Below, one piece after another: positions 20,444 through 29,960 of a DNA stretch of 64,000 nt. Position 1 is the stretch's first letter, and every line of letters begins with the position of its first letter. Source of the DNA: a virus (taxonomy: Duplodnaviria > Caudoviricetes); IMG/VR virus record IMGVR_UViG_3300037424_000434, positions 160,001 to 224,000 of that record; one strand, given 5' to 3'. A program made the translations under genes and the position numbers. The notes below the pieces were generated by a model. It was given only the letters and a program-made list of their open reading frames with translations, did not search any database and had not been told where the DNA came from.

Positions 20444-20660
20444 AATACAGGTTGATAAAATTGAACTGAAAAACTTTTTTTCCTATGGAAATGCGTGGCA
20501 GACCATTGATCTACATGAAGGGGTAAACATTGTTTTGGGGCATGATGTTGACAAGGAACGGTCCAACGGCGCGGGGAAGTGTGTTAGGGGTAACACCGAA
20601 GTCTGTATTGAATTCGATGACCCTGAAACCGAAAGATTGTTCTTAGAGTCTATTGAATAA
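20436..20660 (+). CDS. gp46: gp46 (SbcC/Rad50-like) N-extein fused to N-fragment of split intein
   Basis: IELKNFFSYGN...NGAGK then CVRGNTEVCIEF and stop; Walker A incomplete. Confidence 0.9.
   Translation: MSKIQVDKIELKNFFSYGNAWQTIDLHEGVNIVLGHDVDKERSNGAGKCVRGNTEVCIEFDDPETERLFLESIE
20580..20657 (+). mobile_element. Split intein N-fragment (26 aa)
   Basis: Block A CVRGNTEV beginning right after Walker A lysine. Confidence 0.85.
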
Positions 20661-20697
20661 TTATAATTATTTTGTTTACCTGAACCATTGTAGTCTG

Positions 20698-20705
20698 TAT
20701 AAATA
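20698..20705 (+). promoter_or_regulatory. T4-type late promoter TATAAATA for the endonuclease gene
   Basis: Exact consensus 30 nt upstream of ATG 20735. Confidence 0.7.
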
Positions 20706-20734
20706 CTTGTAATACAATGGAAGAGGTAAGTATT

Positions 20735-21793
20735 ATGACAAAACGATTAAGTCCGTTTTCACAGGAATTTTGGATTCAGAAGGGTATGTCACCGGAGGAA
20801 GCCGACTATAAGAGAAACAGTTTCAGACCAATACGAAAAGAGTATTGGTTGGAAAAGGGTTATTCTTACGAAGATGCTGAGAAAAAGGCTATTCAAACGA
20901 AAATTGATAATAACAAAAAAGGGGCACTATCTTCTTCACAAAGAGATTCGGTGGAATTGAGAAAATCCAGTCCAAGGTGTGTTGAGTATTGGATGGAAAG
21001 GGGCTACTCTCACGAAGATGCTAAGACCGAGGTTTCTAATCAACAGTCAACCTTCTCATTAGACAAATGTGTAGAGAAGCATGGCGAAGAAGACGGTAAA
21101 ATTATATGGCAAAAAAGACAGGATAAATGGCAAGATACTCTCAATACAAAGTCGGATAAAGAACTTGAAAGTATAAACGAAAGAAAGGGTAATTGCGTAA
21201 ACTTTGCATATCTAATGAATAAGTTTGATGGCGATAAAGATAAGGTCAGATTATTTGTGGAAAGTAGAGGAATAAAATTATTTAATACAGTAGATGAACT
21301 AAAAGATTATGTGAAAGAATGTATTAATGACAATCCTGAGAGAAGATATCTATCACGGGATAGGTTCTGTATAAAACATAATATATCAAGACTTCAATGT
21401 GATTATTTGGGCATAAAACCCAAAGATGTGTTGAAAGGTGTGTTGAAGAAAGGGTCATATAAAGTTAGAGGGAAATATAACCAGACACATATGAGAACAG
21501 AAGACGGTTTGTTGAGAAGTTTACAGGAGATGTATTTCTATGATATACTGAAAGAAAATGATATAAAGTTTGAGATGGATGAGAACTACCCCAATTCATC
21601 TTTTAGATATGACTTTTATCTGATAGACTTTGATGTATATATTGAGATATGCCCGTTATATGGACAGGTCGGACAGGAATTATACACAGAAAGGATGGAT
21701 AAAAAGCAAGAACTGTTCAGTTTCGTGAAATTATCCAAATCCAAGGAATTTGAGGTTTATATAAGGAGGTTATTAGATGAAAACAACTGTTAA
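20735..21793 (+). CDS. Free-standing Vsr/DUF559-like homing endonuclease candidate
   Basis: Three N-terminal xYWxxKGxSxExA repeats; C-terminal RSLQE..FYDIL..YDFYL..VYIEI PD-(D/E)XK-like motif; sits between intein halves. Confidence 0.75.
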   Translation: MTKRLSPFSQEFWIQKGMSPEEADYKRNSFRPIRKEYWLEKGYSYEDAEKKAIQTKIDNNKKGALSSSQRDSVELRKSSPRCVEYWMERGYSHEDAKTEVSNQQSTFSLDKCVEKHGEEDGKIIWQKRQDKWQDTLNTKSDKELESINERKGNCVNFAYLMNKFDGDKDKVRLFVESRGIKLFNTVDELKDYVKECINDNPERRYLSRDRFCIKHNISRLQCDYLGIKPKDVLKGVLKKGSYKVRGKYNQTHMRTEDGLLRSLQEMYFYDILKENDIKFEMDENYPNSSFRYDFYLIDFDVYIEICPLYGQVGQELYTERMDKKQELFSFVKLSKSKEFEVYIRRLLDENNC

Positions 21794-22142
21794 ACAAATA
21801 TATGATTTTTATAAAAAACACCCAAAACATATAGGGAAAGTAAAAACACTGACACCCTTCGGGATGAAGACCATTCAGGGCGCCGACATAACCGCATACA
21901 ATAGTGAGATTATTTCAATATCAACAGACAGTAAATTATTGGAATGTTCGCCTAATCATAGAGTGAGATTCAACAACAAATGGGTACATGTCGTTGATTT
22001 GAGGTTGGGTGACTTGATTGATACCGTTGATGGTTCTGAAAGTGTTAATGGTATATCAAAGTTGGACTTAAGAGAAGACTTATATGACTTTCAGGTAGAA
22101 GAAGTTCATCAATATTACACCAACGGTATACTGTCACACAAC
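21777..22142 (+). mobile_element. Split intein C-fragment (122 aa)
   Basis: Block B CSPNH, block F YDFQV..HQYYTNG, block G SHN followed by +1 Ser. Confidence 0.9.
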
Positions 22143-24224
22143 TCATCATTTCTAGAGGCGATTCCCTTTGCTATATTCGGCCAAACAGGGAAGGGGGTTC
22201 CTTTAAATAAGATCATTAACTGGAAAAACGGAAAAGCGGCAGAGACACGTCTTCATTTCCGAAAAGATGGGATCAAATACGAACTTCAAAGGGGAATAAA
22301 ACCCGGAATATTAGAACTTATTAAAGATGGATCAAATGTACCCAAGTTGTCTGATAAGAGGATATTTCAACAAGAGATAGAAACTGATCTTATTGGGATG
22401 GACTTTAGAGCAGCGCAGGCTATCCATTTCCAGAACGCAAACAATATGATTTCTATGTTCAATACCCCAAAAGCCGATAAACGAAAATTTATCGAGAAAT
22501 TCTTTAATCTAGAGGTGTATTCTCAATTAAATGAACTGGCTAACTCGAAGCTGCGTGGGATAGAGCTAAAACGCTCCGAATTGGATTCAGAGCGTTCTTT
22601 TAAACAAAAGAGGGCGGTAGAACTTGAAGATGAAATAAGACGTTGTATTGCACCAAACATTGAGGACTATGAGCTATCTGTTGTTGCAGCAGAAGCCGCA
22701 TTGAATGATTTTCGTTCATCAAACAAAGAAGCTTTGTTGTATAATGAAACCACTCTCAGCGAACAGTTCGAAAGTGTTCGCGCCACTGTTGAGGTGAAGC
22801 GAAAAGAACTTGACGTGTTAAGAGGTAAAATAAAGGCCATTGAGTTGGAATTAAGGGGTTTAGAGGTACAAAAAGCATCTTTAACCAAGCGTGTTATTGA
22901 TATCGGGGATTTGAGTGCCCAGAGAGACAAGTTAAACCGATTAAGAGACGGGCTTGTTCTCATAGGGAACCTTGATATTCAAGCAGATGAGCACCGAAAA
23001 GCATTGGCCGCTCACTCACTTGACAAGGATATTATTGAAAAGAAAAAAACCGAACTACAGACTGAGATGAGGTTGGTGGAGAAAGAGATTCGTAAATGGC
23101 AGAGCACTAATATATTAGAGGATTCTGACTGCCCGACCTGTTTTCAGAAATCAAATCCCGAGCACATTAAAGTACATGTTGATACACAGGTACAATTCTA
23201 TACCACCAAGTTCAACGAATTACAGGTTGAGCTTGAAACCCAGCTCGTTACACTCAGGGATGTTGTCGAAAAACTCACAAAAGCTCGTGAGGCTTTGACG
23301 CTGGTCGAAGATAAAAATTCCAAGAAAGTCGTTATTGAAAAGAGGATAGCAGAGTTATCAAATGTTTCGGAAAAAGAGGCAGAGTTAGTATCTATTAATA
23401 TTCAATTAACGGAATGTGATAGTAAATTGACTGTTCTGTCGGCCAGCCATGCAACAGAAAATGGGTCAATACCCTTATTAGAAGCATCAGTTCTGAGGGC
23501 AAATTCTTTGGTTGAAGAGACTCAAAAGATGTTGGATACATATCGACGAGTTAGTGCTGAATATGTTAGAATGGTTGAGAAGGTCGAGTCGGAGAAAAAA
23601 ATTCTAGCATCACAGAAAGAAATCGCCGAGAGAATCAAACTGGACCAAGAAGTTCGCATAGCCAGCAAAGCACAACTTGAGCTAGAACTTGCTGGATGGG
23701 ATGCTCAGTACAAAAAACTTGATACAATGAAGGATTATTTGTCCTACATCAAAGAAACCTTGAAGGATGAGAATGTTAAACAGTATGCTATCAGTAACAT
23801 TGTCCCGTTTGTGCAGAAACAGACCAATCATTACCTCGCAGAGACAGGCCATAATTATTATATTGAGCTAGACAATTGGCTGGAGGGAACAATTAAGGGA
23901 TTCGGTGTTGGGGAGAGCGATTTTGGTAATATGTCTGGTGGGGAAGGTAAGAGCATAGATCTGGCGTTGAAATTCGCTATGATGGATGTAGCCAGAAGCC
24001 AAGCAGGATCTTATCTGGATATTTTGGTTCTGGATGAGTTATTGGACAGTTCCATTGATAGTTTTGGTCTGGAAAGAACCATTGACATAGTTCGGCTAAA
24101 ACAAAGAGAGGATTTATTAAAAGTTTTTGTTGTTTCTCATAGGGACGAGATTGGCGCGTTTGATTTTGACCATACATATAACGTGGTCAAAGAGAATGGG
24201 TTTTCTGCTATATCGGTGGTCTGA
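21777..24224 (+). CDS. gp46: Split intein C-fragment fused to gp46 C-extein
   Basis: 122-aa intein part ending ILSHN, then SSFLEAIPFAIFG, coiled coil with CPTC zinc hook, MSGGE signature, LVLDE Walker B, VVSH. Confidence 0.92.
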   Translation: MKTTVKQIYDFYKKHPKHIGKVKTLTPFGMKTIQGADITAYNSEIISISTDSKLLECSPNHRVRFNNKWVHVVDLRLGDLIDTVDGSESVNGISKLDLREDLYDFQVEEVHQYYTNGILSHNSSFLEAIPFAIFGQTGKGVPLNKIINWKNGKAAETRLHFRKDGIKYELQRGIKPGILELIKDGSNVPKLSDKRIFQQEIETDLIGMDFRAAQAIHFQNANNMISMFNTPKADKRKFIEKFFNLEVYSQLNELANSKLRGIELKRSELDSERSFKQKRAVELEDEIRRCIAPNIEDYELSVVAAEAALNDFRSSNKEALLYNETTLSEQFESVRATVEVKRKELDVLRGKIKAIELELRGLEVQKASLTKRVIDIGDLSAQRDKLNRLRDGLVLIGNLDIQADEHRKALAAHSLDKDIIEKKKTELQTEMRLVEKEIRKWQSTNILEDSDCPTCFQKSNPEHIKVHVDTQVQFYTTKFNELQVELETQLVTLRDVVEKLTKAREALTLVEDKNSKKVVIEKRIAELSNVSEKEAELVSINIQLTECDSKLTVLSASHATENGSIPLLEASVLRANSLVEETQKMLDTYRRVSAEYVRMVEKVESEKKILASQKEIAERIKLDQEVRIASKAQLELELAGWDAQYKKLDTMKDYLSYIKETLKDENVKQYAISNIVPFVQKQTNHYLAETGHNYYIELDNWLEGTIKGFGVGESDFGNMSGGEGKSIDLALKFAMMDVARSQAGSYLDILVLDELLDSSIDSFGLERTIDIVRLKQREDLLKVFVVSHRDEIGAFDFDHTYNVVKENGFSAISVV

Positions 24225-24607
24225 TGGATCATTGTCACTATTGGAACAATAAACGAGTATGTATAGGGTTTGATTGTGACATATGTGATTATGCCAAAGA
24301 GTATCACAGGAAGAATTCTACATGTTTTTCTGCCCGTAAAATAGGATATGGTGGGGGGAAAAATTGCGGTGTATGCACCATCTGCTCTCATAGAGTATGT
24401 GTATACACACAAAAGCCATGTGTTCAATGTGAAGAATGTTTTGAGCCGTTCGGCATGGAGCAATGTGAATCATGCACAAACTTTGACCAAGAAGATGTTT
24501 TGTGGGTTAAACACAAAGATTGTAGATATGAAAGAAGGGCCGATTATGTCAGGGTACAGCGATATTGGGACGAAAATGAGTTAGACGAGGATCTGTTTAG
24601 TGTATGA
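24224..24607 (+). CDS. Cys-rich hypothetical protein
   Basis: 127 aa with many CxxC; ends ELDEDLFSV. Confidence 0.65.
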   Translation: MDHCHYWNNKRVCIGFDCDICDYAKEYHRKNSTCFSARKIGYGGGKNCGVCTICSHRVCVYTQKPCVQCEECFEPFGMEQCESCTNFDQEDVLWVKHKDCRYERRADYVRVQRYWDENELDEDLFSV

Positions 24608-25012
24608 AATGTGTGGTAGCTGGTAGCAGAAAGATAGATGATTATCGGATACTGGATTGTTTGTTTACAACACACTTCTGGCGTGATAAGATAGTGGAAA
24701 TAGTATCAGGGGGGGGCTAAAGGGGTTGATCGATTGGGAGAAATTTTAGCGGAATCAAGAGGATTGAAGTGCTCATTGTTCCCCGCAGATTGGGAAAAGT
24801 ATGGGAGAAAAGCGGGATATTTGCGCAACGATCAAATGGCAAGATATACCGATGTTGCGATAATTTTGTGGGATGGCCAGAGTCGTGGTACAAAGCATAT
24901 GATTGATTTGATGATGAAATACGACAAGCCATGTGACATACATATCATCAAAAATGGAATATTAGATAAACCCAACCATTTTGAAGAGAGCTTGTTTTGG
25001 GTGTGGGAGTAA
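24604..25012 (+). pseudogene. SLOG/DUF2493 (YspA-like) gene broken by +1 frameshift in a G8 run
   Basis: MKCVVAGSRK..EIVSGG | AKGVDRLGE..WEKYGRKAGYLRNDQM..WDGQSRGTKHMI; G8 at 24709-24716 gives TAA, G7 restores frame. Confidence 0.8.
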
Positions 25013-25123
25013 ATAGCATCAAAAGTGTGGGGATATTGATTACCATAAAAGAAGGAATCCGATGTTAATAGTGATATCGGTATATATTTACATTAATCAA
25101 CAATAAAAGAGAGGAATTAAAGC

Positions 25124-25597
25124 ATGGCGAGTCGATTTGAAGAAGCAACAAGTGATGTGGTAGCGCAAGTAAACGAGGTTGTTAGGACCAAGTTTCCCAG
25201 CCTCAGTGGATGTCTTATTGAGGTTGTGATGGACACAAAAAAGCGCAAATCGGGGGGTAAATATAGTCTAGTCAAGCTGGACAAGGCATCCCCTATCATC
25301 AAGCATATTTCGGCGGATAATACCAATGAGTTTGGTTTGGATTATATTTTATACATCGACCAGAAGGTATATAACGAGTTGAGCGAATCTGACCGTATCC
25401 GTCTCATTTCTCATGGTCTTTATCATTCTGACGTGGATTTTGAAAAAGAAAATCCATATGCTTGTCGTAAACCAACGGTACAGACGTTCTGCGAAGAAAT
25501 TCACGACAATGAGGACGACCCTCGTTGGGCGGAACGTCTTGATCTGATCGCGGAGGGTGTGTATGAGCGCGAGGCCGAAGCCAATGGGGAAGCATAA
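25124..25597 (+). CDS. Phage metallopeptidase-like protein
   Basis: 157 aa; LISHGLYH at the position of HELxH; strong RBS. Confidence 0.55.
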   Translation: MASRFEEATSDVVAQVNEVVRTKFPSLSGCLIEVVMDTKKRKSGGKYSLVKLDKASPIIKHISADNTNEFGLDYILYIDQKVYNELSESDRIRLISHGLYHSDVDFEKENPYACRKPTVQTFCEEIHDNEDDPRWAERLDLIAEGVYEREAEANGEA

Positions 25598-26045
25598 AGA
25601 CGACGAGGATGTTGAACGAGCAAAATACATGCTCACACCAGAAGACTTTGATGGGGGGTTCCATAACGTGGAACCTCCCGCAGAGTTCTATGCAGAAGAA
25701 GAGAAGAAAGCATCTGAAGCAGAAACCTTTATTGGTATGGATGACAGTTTCAACGGTATCCCACACAAAACTGACAGGGTACAAGTAGTATTTTCTCCCG
25801 AGGAGTTGGTGATTTTGACCCAAGTTTTGGAGAATTATTCCACCCATATAATAGGGGTGGAATATGTGTACGAAGAACTTGGATACGACGAAATATATCA
25901 ACACCAAACACTTGTACGCGGACTAAGAGATGTTGTCAATGACACATTAGAGCATTACATAAAAGTTAGACCCTATAGCCCTTTTATTGTTCCATGGGTT
26001 AATCGAATAGGTAAAGGAAAAATCCGCAACAAAGGGCAGAAATGA
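25584..26045 (+). CDS. Hypothetical protein
   Basis: ATG 25584 preferred over track start 25557. Confidence 0.6.
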   Translation: MGKHKDDEDVERAKYMLTPEDFDGGFHNVEPPAEFYAEEEKKASEAETFIGMDDSFNGIPHKTDRVQVVFSPEELVILTQVLENYSTHIIGVEYVYEELGYDEIYQHQTLVRGLRDVVNDTLEHYIKVRPYSPFIVPWVNRIGKGKIRNKGQK

Positions 26046-26254
26046 TGTTTGGTTGTAGATTTGGGTTTCATAAATTTGTGCCATATAGATACAACTGGGT
26101 AGAATATATGCCTACCCAGCAAAACCCTAGGTTCAGTAAAGAAGGGGCAGAGATTTTGTCGCATGTATATTGTACTGTGTGTGGTGAGATTCGGGAGGTG
26201 ATGAATGTTGAGGGAAAAATGGTTAAATACGTCAGACCTGCGAAGAGCGTTTGA
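26042..26254 (+). CDS. Small Zn-binding hypothetical (C..H / CxxC)
   Basis: CRFGFHK and CTVC motifs; ATGA overlap. Confidence 0.6.
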   Translation: MMFGCRFGFHKFVPYRYNWVEYMPTQQNPRFSKEGAEILSHVYCTVCGEIREVMNVEGKMVKYVRPAKSV

Positions 26255-26777
26255 GTATGCAAACGCAACAGGGAAGGGGTTTTCGCGAATATTGTTTTTG
26301 TGTCCTAAAGGCTCAGGAAAGACTACCGCTTTGTTTGAAATTTTTTTACAAACCCCTGACTCGGTGTTTCTTACACCCTATGGAAGTCATTTAAATCATT
26401 TACGTCAGCGGGCTGATAGAATAGAATATGGCCGAGGATCTAACCTGAAACCAATGTATGATATATTACCGTTCACCAATACAAGTCCTTTGGGTAGGGG
26501 ACATAGACCGATTTCCTGTGTGTTTATAGATGATTTGGATCGATGTATACATTCTTTTATAGCGTCGTATCAACACCTAGTATCCAATATAACATCAACC
26601 AACAGTTCCAGACGGGGTATAATGGCAACCATGACTCCCAGAGAAGACAGGAACATAAACTATCAGGGGTTTTTTGACTATATCAAGCGCCCCTTTTCCC
26701 CTGATCAAGATTCGTCCATTGACAAAAAGGATTTTTACAGAACAGACCATTTTGAGGGAGACTTGTTTAAAGTATGA
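26205..26777 (+). CDS. P-loop NTPase-like fragment
   Basis: CPKGSGKT Walker A and VFIDD Walker B-like; ends DHFEGDLFKV; start uncertain. Confidence 0.55.
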   Translation: MLREKWLNTSDLRRAFEYANATGKGFSRILFLCPKGSGKTTALFEIFLQTPDSVFLTPYGSHLNHLRQRADRIEYGRGSNLKPMYDILPFTNTSPLGRGHRPISCVFIDDLDRCIHSFIASYQHLVSNITSTNSSRRGIMATMTPREDRNINYQGFFDYIKRPFSPDQDSSIDKKDFYRTDHFEGDLFKV

Positions 26778-27160
26778 ACGATAAAAGAACAGATGGGGTG
26801 GATTATGAATATAATGTTCCACCCAACAAGTCCGAGGATACACTAACAGCGTCTTGTATTAGCTACTTACGGGACAAAGGATTGACCGTATACAAAGCAA
26901 CCAATCCTTTAGTTATATACGAAGACAGAATTATCAACATGCAGACCTTTTTGATGTTGCGTGGTGATATAAACGAGGCTATGGATGAGGTGTATGAGAA
27001 AATTGTAATCAAAAATCCAAAAATAGTGTTGGTCCATTCAGTCAAACAAACATATAATTTTATATCAAAAGATGTTGCTGTGAAATCAAATCTGTCTTTT
27101 GATGATTCCTGTGTGGATGAATATAGATATATTAGATATGGAGTAATTGAAAATGAGTAA
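26774..27160 (+). CDS. Hypothetical protein
   Basis: 128 aa, ATGA overlap. Confidence 0.6.
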   Translation: MNDKRTDGVDYEYNVPPNKSEDTLTASCISYLRDKGLTVYKATNPLVIYEDRIINMQTFLMLRGDINEAMDEVYEKIVIKNPKIVLVHSVKQTYNFISKDVAVKSNLSFDDSCVDEYRYIRYGVIENE

Positions 27161-27662
27161 ACCATTAACAGAAGGATCAACTATGGGTGGAATGTCACCA
27201 AAGAAACAAGATAGTGCATTTTCAATGCGACCACCTATGCCACGACTAATGACCCCAAAAACGAAAATGTCATTGCGCGAACAAGATTGGTTGGAATTCT
27301 CTGATCGTGTAGCCAAACATTTGAGAGAATACACCGTTCCTCAATATGGAGATAAGCCCGATGACGAAATATCAAGATATTCGGTGGAGGTTTGTGTTGA
27401 AGCTGTTGCGAAATATGCAAAACGTTACGACAAGCAAAGCAGACAGGGACAACAGGAGCTGGATTTTGTGAAAATGGCACATTATGCTCAATGTGCATGG
27501 GAGAAGTACAACAAAATCCCGGTAATACACGCTGCATATAAACTAATCCCGTATGACACAAAATGGACAGAAGAGGATGTAGCAAAGAATAGTGGTATGG
27601 AATATATCGGAAAGTTCACCTTCAACGGTGCGGTAAAATATGTATACAAGGAGTTAGTATGA
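27153..27662 (+). CDS. DUF3310-like protein
   Basis: AKYAKRY...DFVKMAHYAQ motif. Confidence 0.5.
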   Translation: MSKPLTEGSTMGGMSPKKQDSAFSMRPPMPRLMTPKTKMSLREQDWLEFSDRVAKHLREYTVPQYGDKPDDEISRYSVEVCVEAVAKYAKRYDKQSRQGQQELDFVKMAHYAQCAWEKYNKIPVIHAAYKLIPYDTKWTEEDVAKNSGMEYIGKFTFNGAVKYVYKELV

Positions 27663-28015
27663 GCGAAAGCGAGAGTCAATTTCAAAAATTTTTAGAAGAA
27701 GACCTAATTGAAGAAGTTGTATTTGAAATGGTCAATGAAAATCCCAGTAATCATGGGAAGGGATTTCGAACATATAAAATCACCCCATACTGGAAACCAG
27801 ACATGGCCCCAGAAGGGTTTTCGGATTTTTATTTTGAGACAGATATATACTGGTCGCCCTTTGAAACCGAATATTTTGATCAACTGGATCATTATACTCA
27901 TGGCGCGGCCTATGCTTTTATTGGATATGATCACGACGAGGAGGTCAAAAAGTTCGAAATCGATTGTAAAAAAGTATATGATGAGGAAATTTCGCCCATA
28001 TCCGGCGACGAATAG
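27659..28015 (+). CDS. Acidic hypothetical protein
   Basis: 118 aa, AGGAG RBS, ATGA overlap. Confidence 0.6.
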   Translation: MSESESQFQKFLEEDLIEEVVFEMVNENPSNHGKGFRTYKITPYWKPDMAPEGFSDFYFETDIYWSPFETEYFDQLDHYTHGAAYAFIGYDHDEEVKKFEIDCKKVYDEEISPISGDE

Positions 28016-28034
28016 AGGATTGTAAAATATATAA

Positions 28035-28086
28035 TATAAATACTTGGGAATAGTTGGTTTACAAATGTGTTAATATTTATTATAAT
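28035..28086 (+). promoter_or_regulatory. Tandem late (TATAAATA 28035) and GTTTACA-class sigma70 promoter (28058-28086) for uvsX
   Basis: TTTACA-N17-TATAAT exact. Confidence 0.8.
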
Positions 28087-28110
28087 AAGTAAAAAAATGT
28101 GAGGTAGAAT

Positions 28111-29220
28111 ATGTCCAATACGTTTGATTTAATTAAAGAAAAACTGGAAAAGGCGGCAAAAGGCGATAGGATGATGATTCTAAGTGAATCAGAAAATGCC
28201 GCGCCGATAGTGTATATACCAACAGAAGCATACGACCTGAACAGAATCCTGTCAGGCTCATTGTACCACGGGGTTGCAAGTCGAACCCATACCCTATTAG
28301 TGGGACCAGAAGCATCTGGTAAATCTTCCTTTATGTGTCTTAATCTCGCAGCCGCCCAAAAAATGGGTTATACCCCCGTTGTTATTGATGCCGAGGGAGC
28401 ATGGACAAAAAAGTTCTGTGAACGATGGGGTATTGATACCACAAGAGCGTTTATAATTTCTACTCCATGGGTAGAAGAAATTATGATAGAGCTTGCTAAG
28501 ATCATTGATGAGGGTTGGACTAGATTGGCTATTGCGTTTGATTCCATTGGTGCGGTTGAGTCACTTAAGATGATCGACGATGTTACCGGCAAGGGGAAGC
28601 GGGGAGAAGTTGTTGCCGATCAGGGAGGGTTGCAGAAGAAAATCAAACGTCTTATGAAAATGTTGGTTGATATCACCAAGCGCCAAGACTCTGTTTCTTA
28701 TTCTGCTGGACATTACTATGGTAACCCAACAGGATATGGAGAACCAGAAAAGATCGGTGGGGGATTTTACCCGAGACTCGCCGCAGATTACATCATAACT
28801 CTGAAAAAAGCTCTTATCCACGAAAACCCCACAGCAAAAACTGCGGCAGAAAAAGGGGATGTCGTTGGTACCAGAATATATGCTGCAACGATAAAAAATA
28901 GATACGCACCACCCTTTCAGGAGGCAGTGTTTGAAATCTCATATCATAATGGTGTACAACGATTGGCTGGTATCATTGATGTAGCCAAAGAAATGGGTAT
29001 TATTGATCAATCAGGCGCATGGTATACAGTTCCATGTCTGGGGATAAAATCCCAAGGCCAAGGTAACCTAGAAAAAGACCTCGAAAATGTTGATATCCAA
29101 CCCCTGTTTGATGAGATTGAAAAAATTCTGGAAGGTAGAGGATACAGCAGTGCTAAAGATGAATTGAAGGTTTTGGCTGATGTTGTTGATGGGGTGACAC
29201 CCACAGAAGTGCTATCATGA
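28111..29220 (+). CDS. uvsX: UvsX/RecA-like recombinase
   Basis: GPEASGKS Walker A, IDAEGA, AFDSIGA, IGGG, IKNRYAPPF. Confidence 0.95.
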   Translation: MSNTFDLIKEKLEKAAKGDRMMILSESENAAPIVYIPTEAYDLNRILSGSLYHGVASRTHTLLVGPEASGKSSFMCLNLAAAQKMGYTPVVIDAEGAWTKKFCERWGIDTTRAFIISTPWVEEIMIELAKIIDEGWTRLAIAFDSIGAVESLKMIDDVTGKGKRGEVVADQGGLQKKIKRLMKMLVDITKRQDSVSYSAGHYYGNPTGYGEPEKIGGGFYPRLAADYIITLKKALIHENPTAKTAAEKGDVVGTRIYAATIKNRYAPPFQEAVFEISYHNGVQRLAGIIDVAKEMGIIDQSGAWYTVPCLGIKSQGQGNLEKDLENVDIQPLFDEIEKILEGRGYSSAKDELKVLADVVDGVTPTEVLS

Positions 29221-29402
29221 CCTCAGAAGAAAGAAGTGATGCACTTGAGTTGATAGCTCGGCGGTTAGAATCAAAAAATAGATCAAAGAAATCTGAAGAG
29301 GTTCTTCGTGAATTGTATGAACTTGTCGATGATTATAATGCTTTTATACGAGATATGGACGTGAGATTCGACAAGATATTGATACGGGTGGAGAATCTAT
29401 GA
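29217..29402 (+). CDS. Hypothetical protein
   Basis: 61 aa, ATGA overlaps both sides. Confidence 0.55.
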   Translation: MTSEERSDALELIARRLESKNRSKKSEEVLRELYELVDDYNAFIRDMDVRFDKILIRVENL

Positions 29403-29626
29403 ACATACAAGAATTTCGATTACTACCACAATATAAGGATATGTCGCGAACCAATGGTTTAAAAGTAGGTGATAAATTCCTGACTGGCGCAAGAGTATTA
29501 AACCAAGTTGACAGCAAACACGTCAATGACATGATTACATACTATGTTGTGATACAAGTTCAAACAAATGGTAATATTAGTTATAAACAAGAGATGGAGA
29601 GATTAACCGGACAAGAGGAGGAGTAA
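29399..29626 (+). CDS. Hypothetical protein
   Basis: 75 aa, GGAG RBS. Confidence 0.55.
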   Translation: MNIQEFRLLPQYKDMSRTNGLKVGDKFLTGARVLNQVDSKHVNDMITYYVVIQVQTNGNISYKQEMERLTGQEEE

Positions 29627-29630
29627 CTAG

Positions 29631-29960
29631 ATGGTGGCAATACAGGTGTTTGTAATAAGTTATGAAACAAAGGTTTCGACGTTCAAGGCGTATTTGTTGG
29701 CAGAGTCAAAAGCGGATGCAATGTCTTATCTTAAAGCAGAGATGGGAGACCAAGAGGGATTTAGAATCAACAATTTTGAGTCCCGAGAAGAAATACACGC
29801 AATCACTACTCAAGTATTAGACAAGATTCGTGGACCAAAACAGGAAGCAAAAGTTGTGGAGAATGTTAAGTTGCTTTGCCCGTGGTGTGAGTCAACCGAT
29901 TATTTGTCGAATCATGCATTAAAGATGCATATAGTTAAAGCACACAAAAAGGAGAAGTAA
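29631..29960 (+). CDS. C2H2 zinc-finger protein
   Basis: CPWC...ALKMHIVKAH. Confidence 0.65.
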   Translation: MVAIQVFVISYETKVSTFKAYLLAESKADAMSYLKAEMGDQEGFRINNFESREEIHAITTQVLDKIRGPKQEAKVVENVKLLCPWCESTDYLSNHALKMHIVKAHKKEK

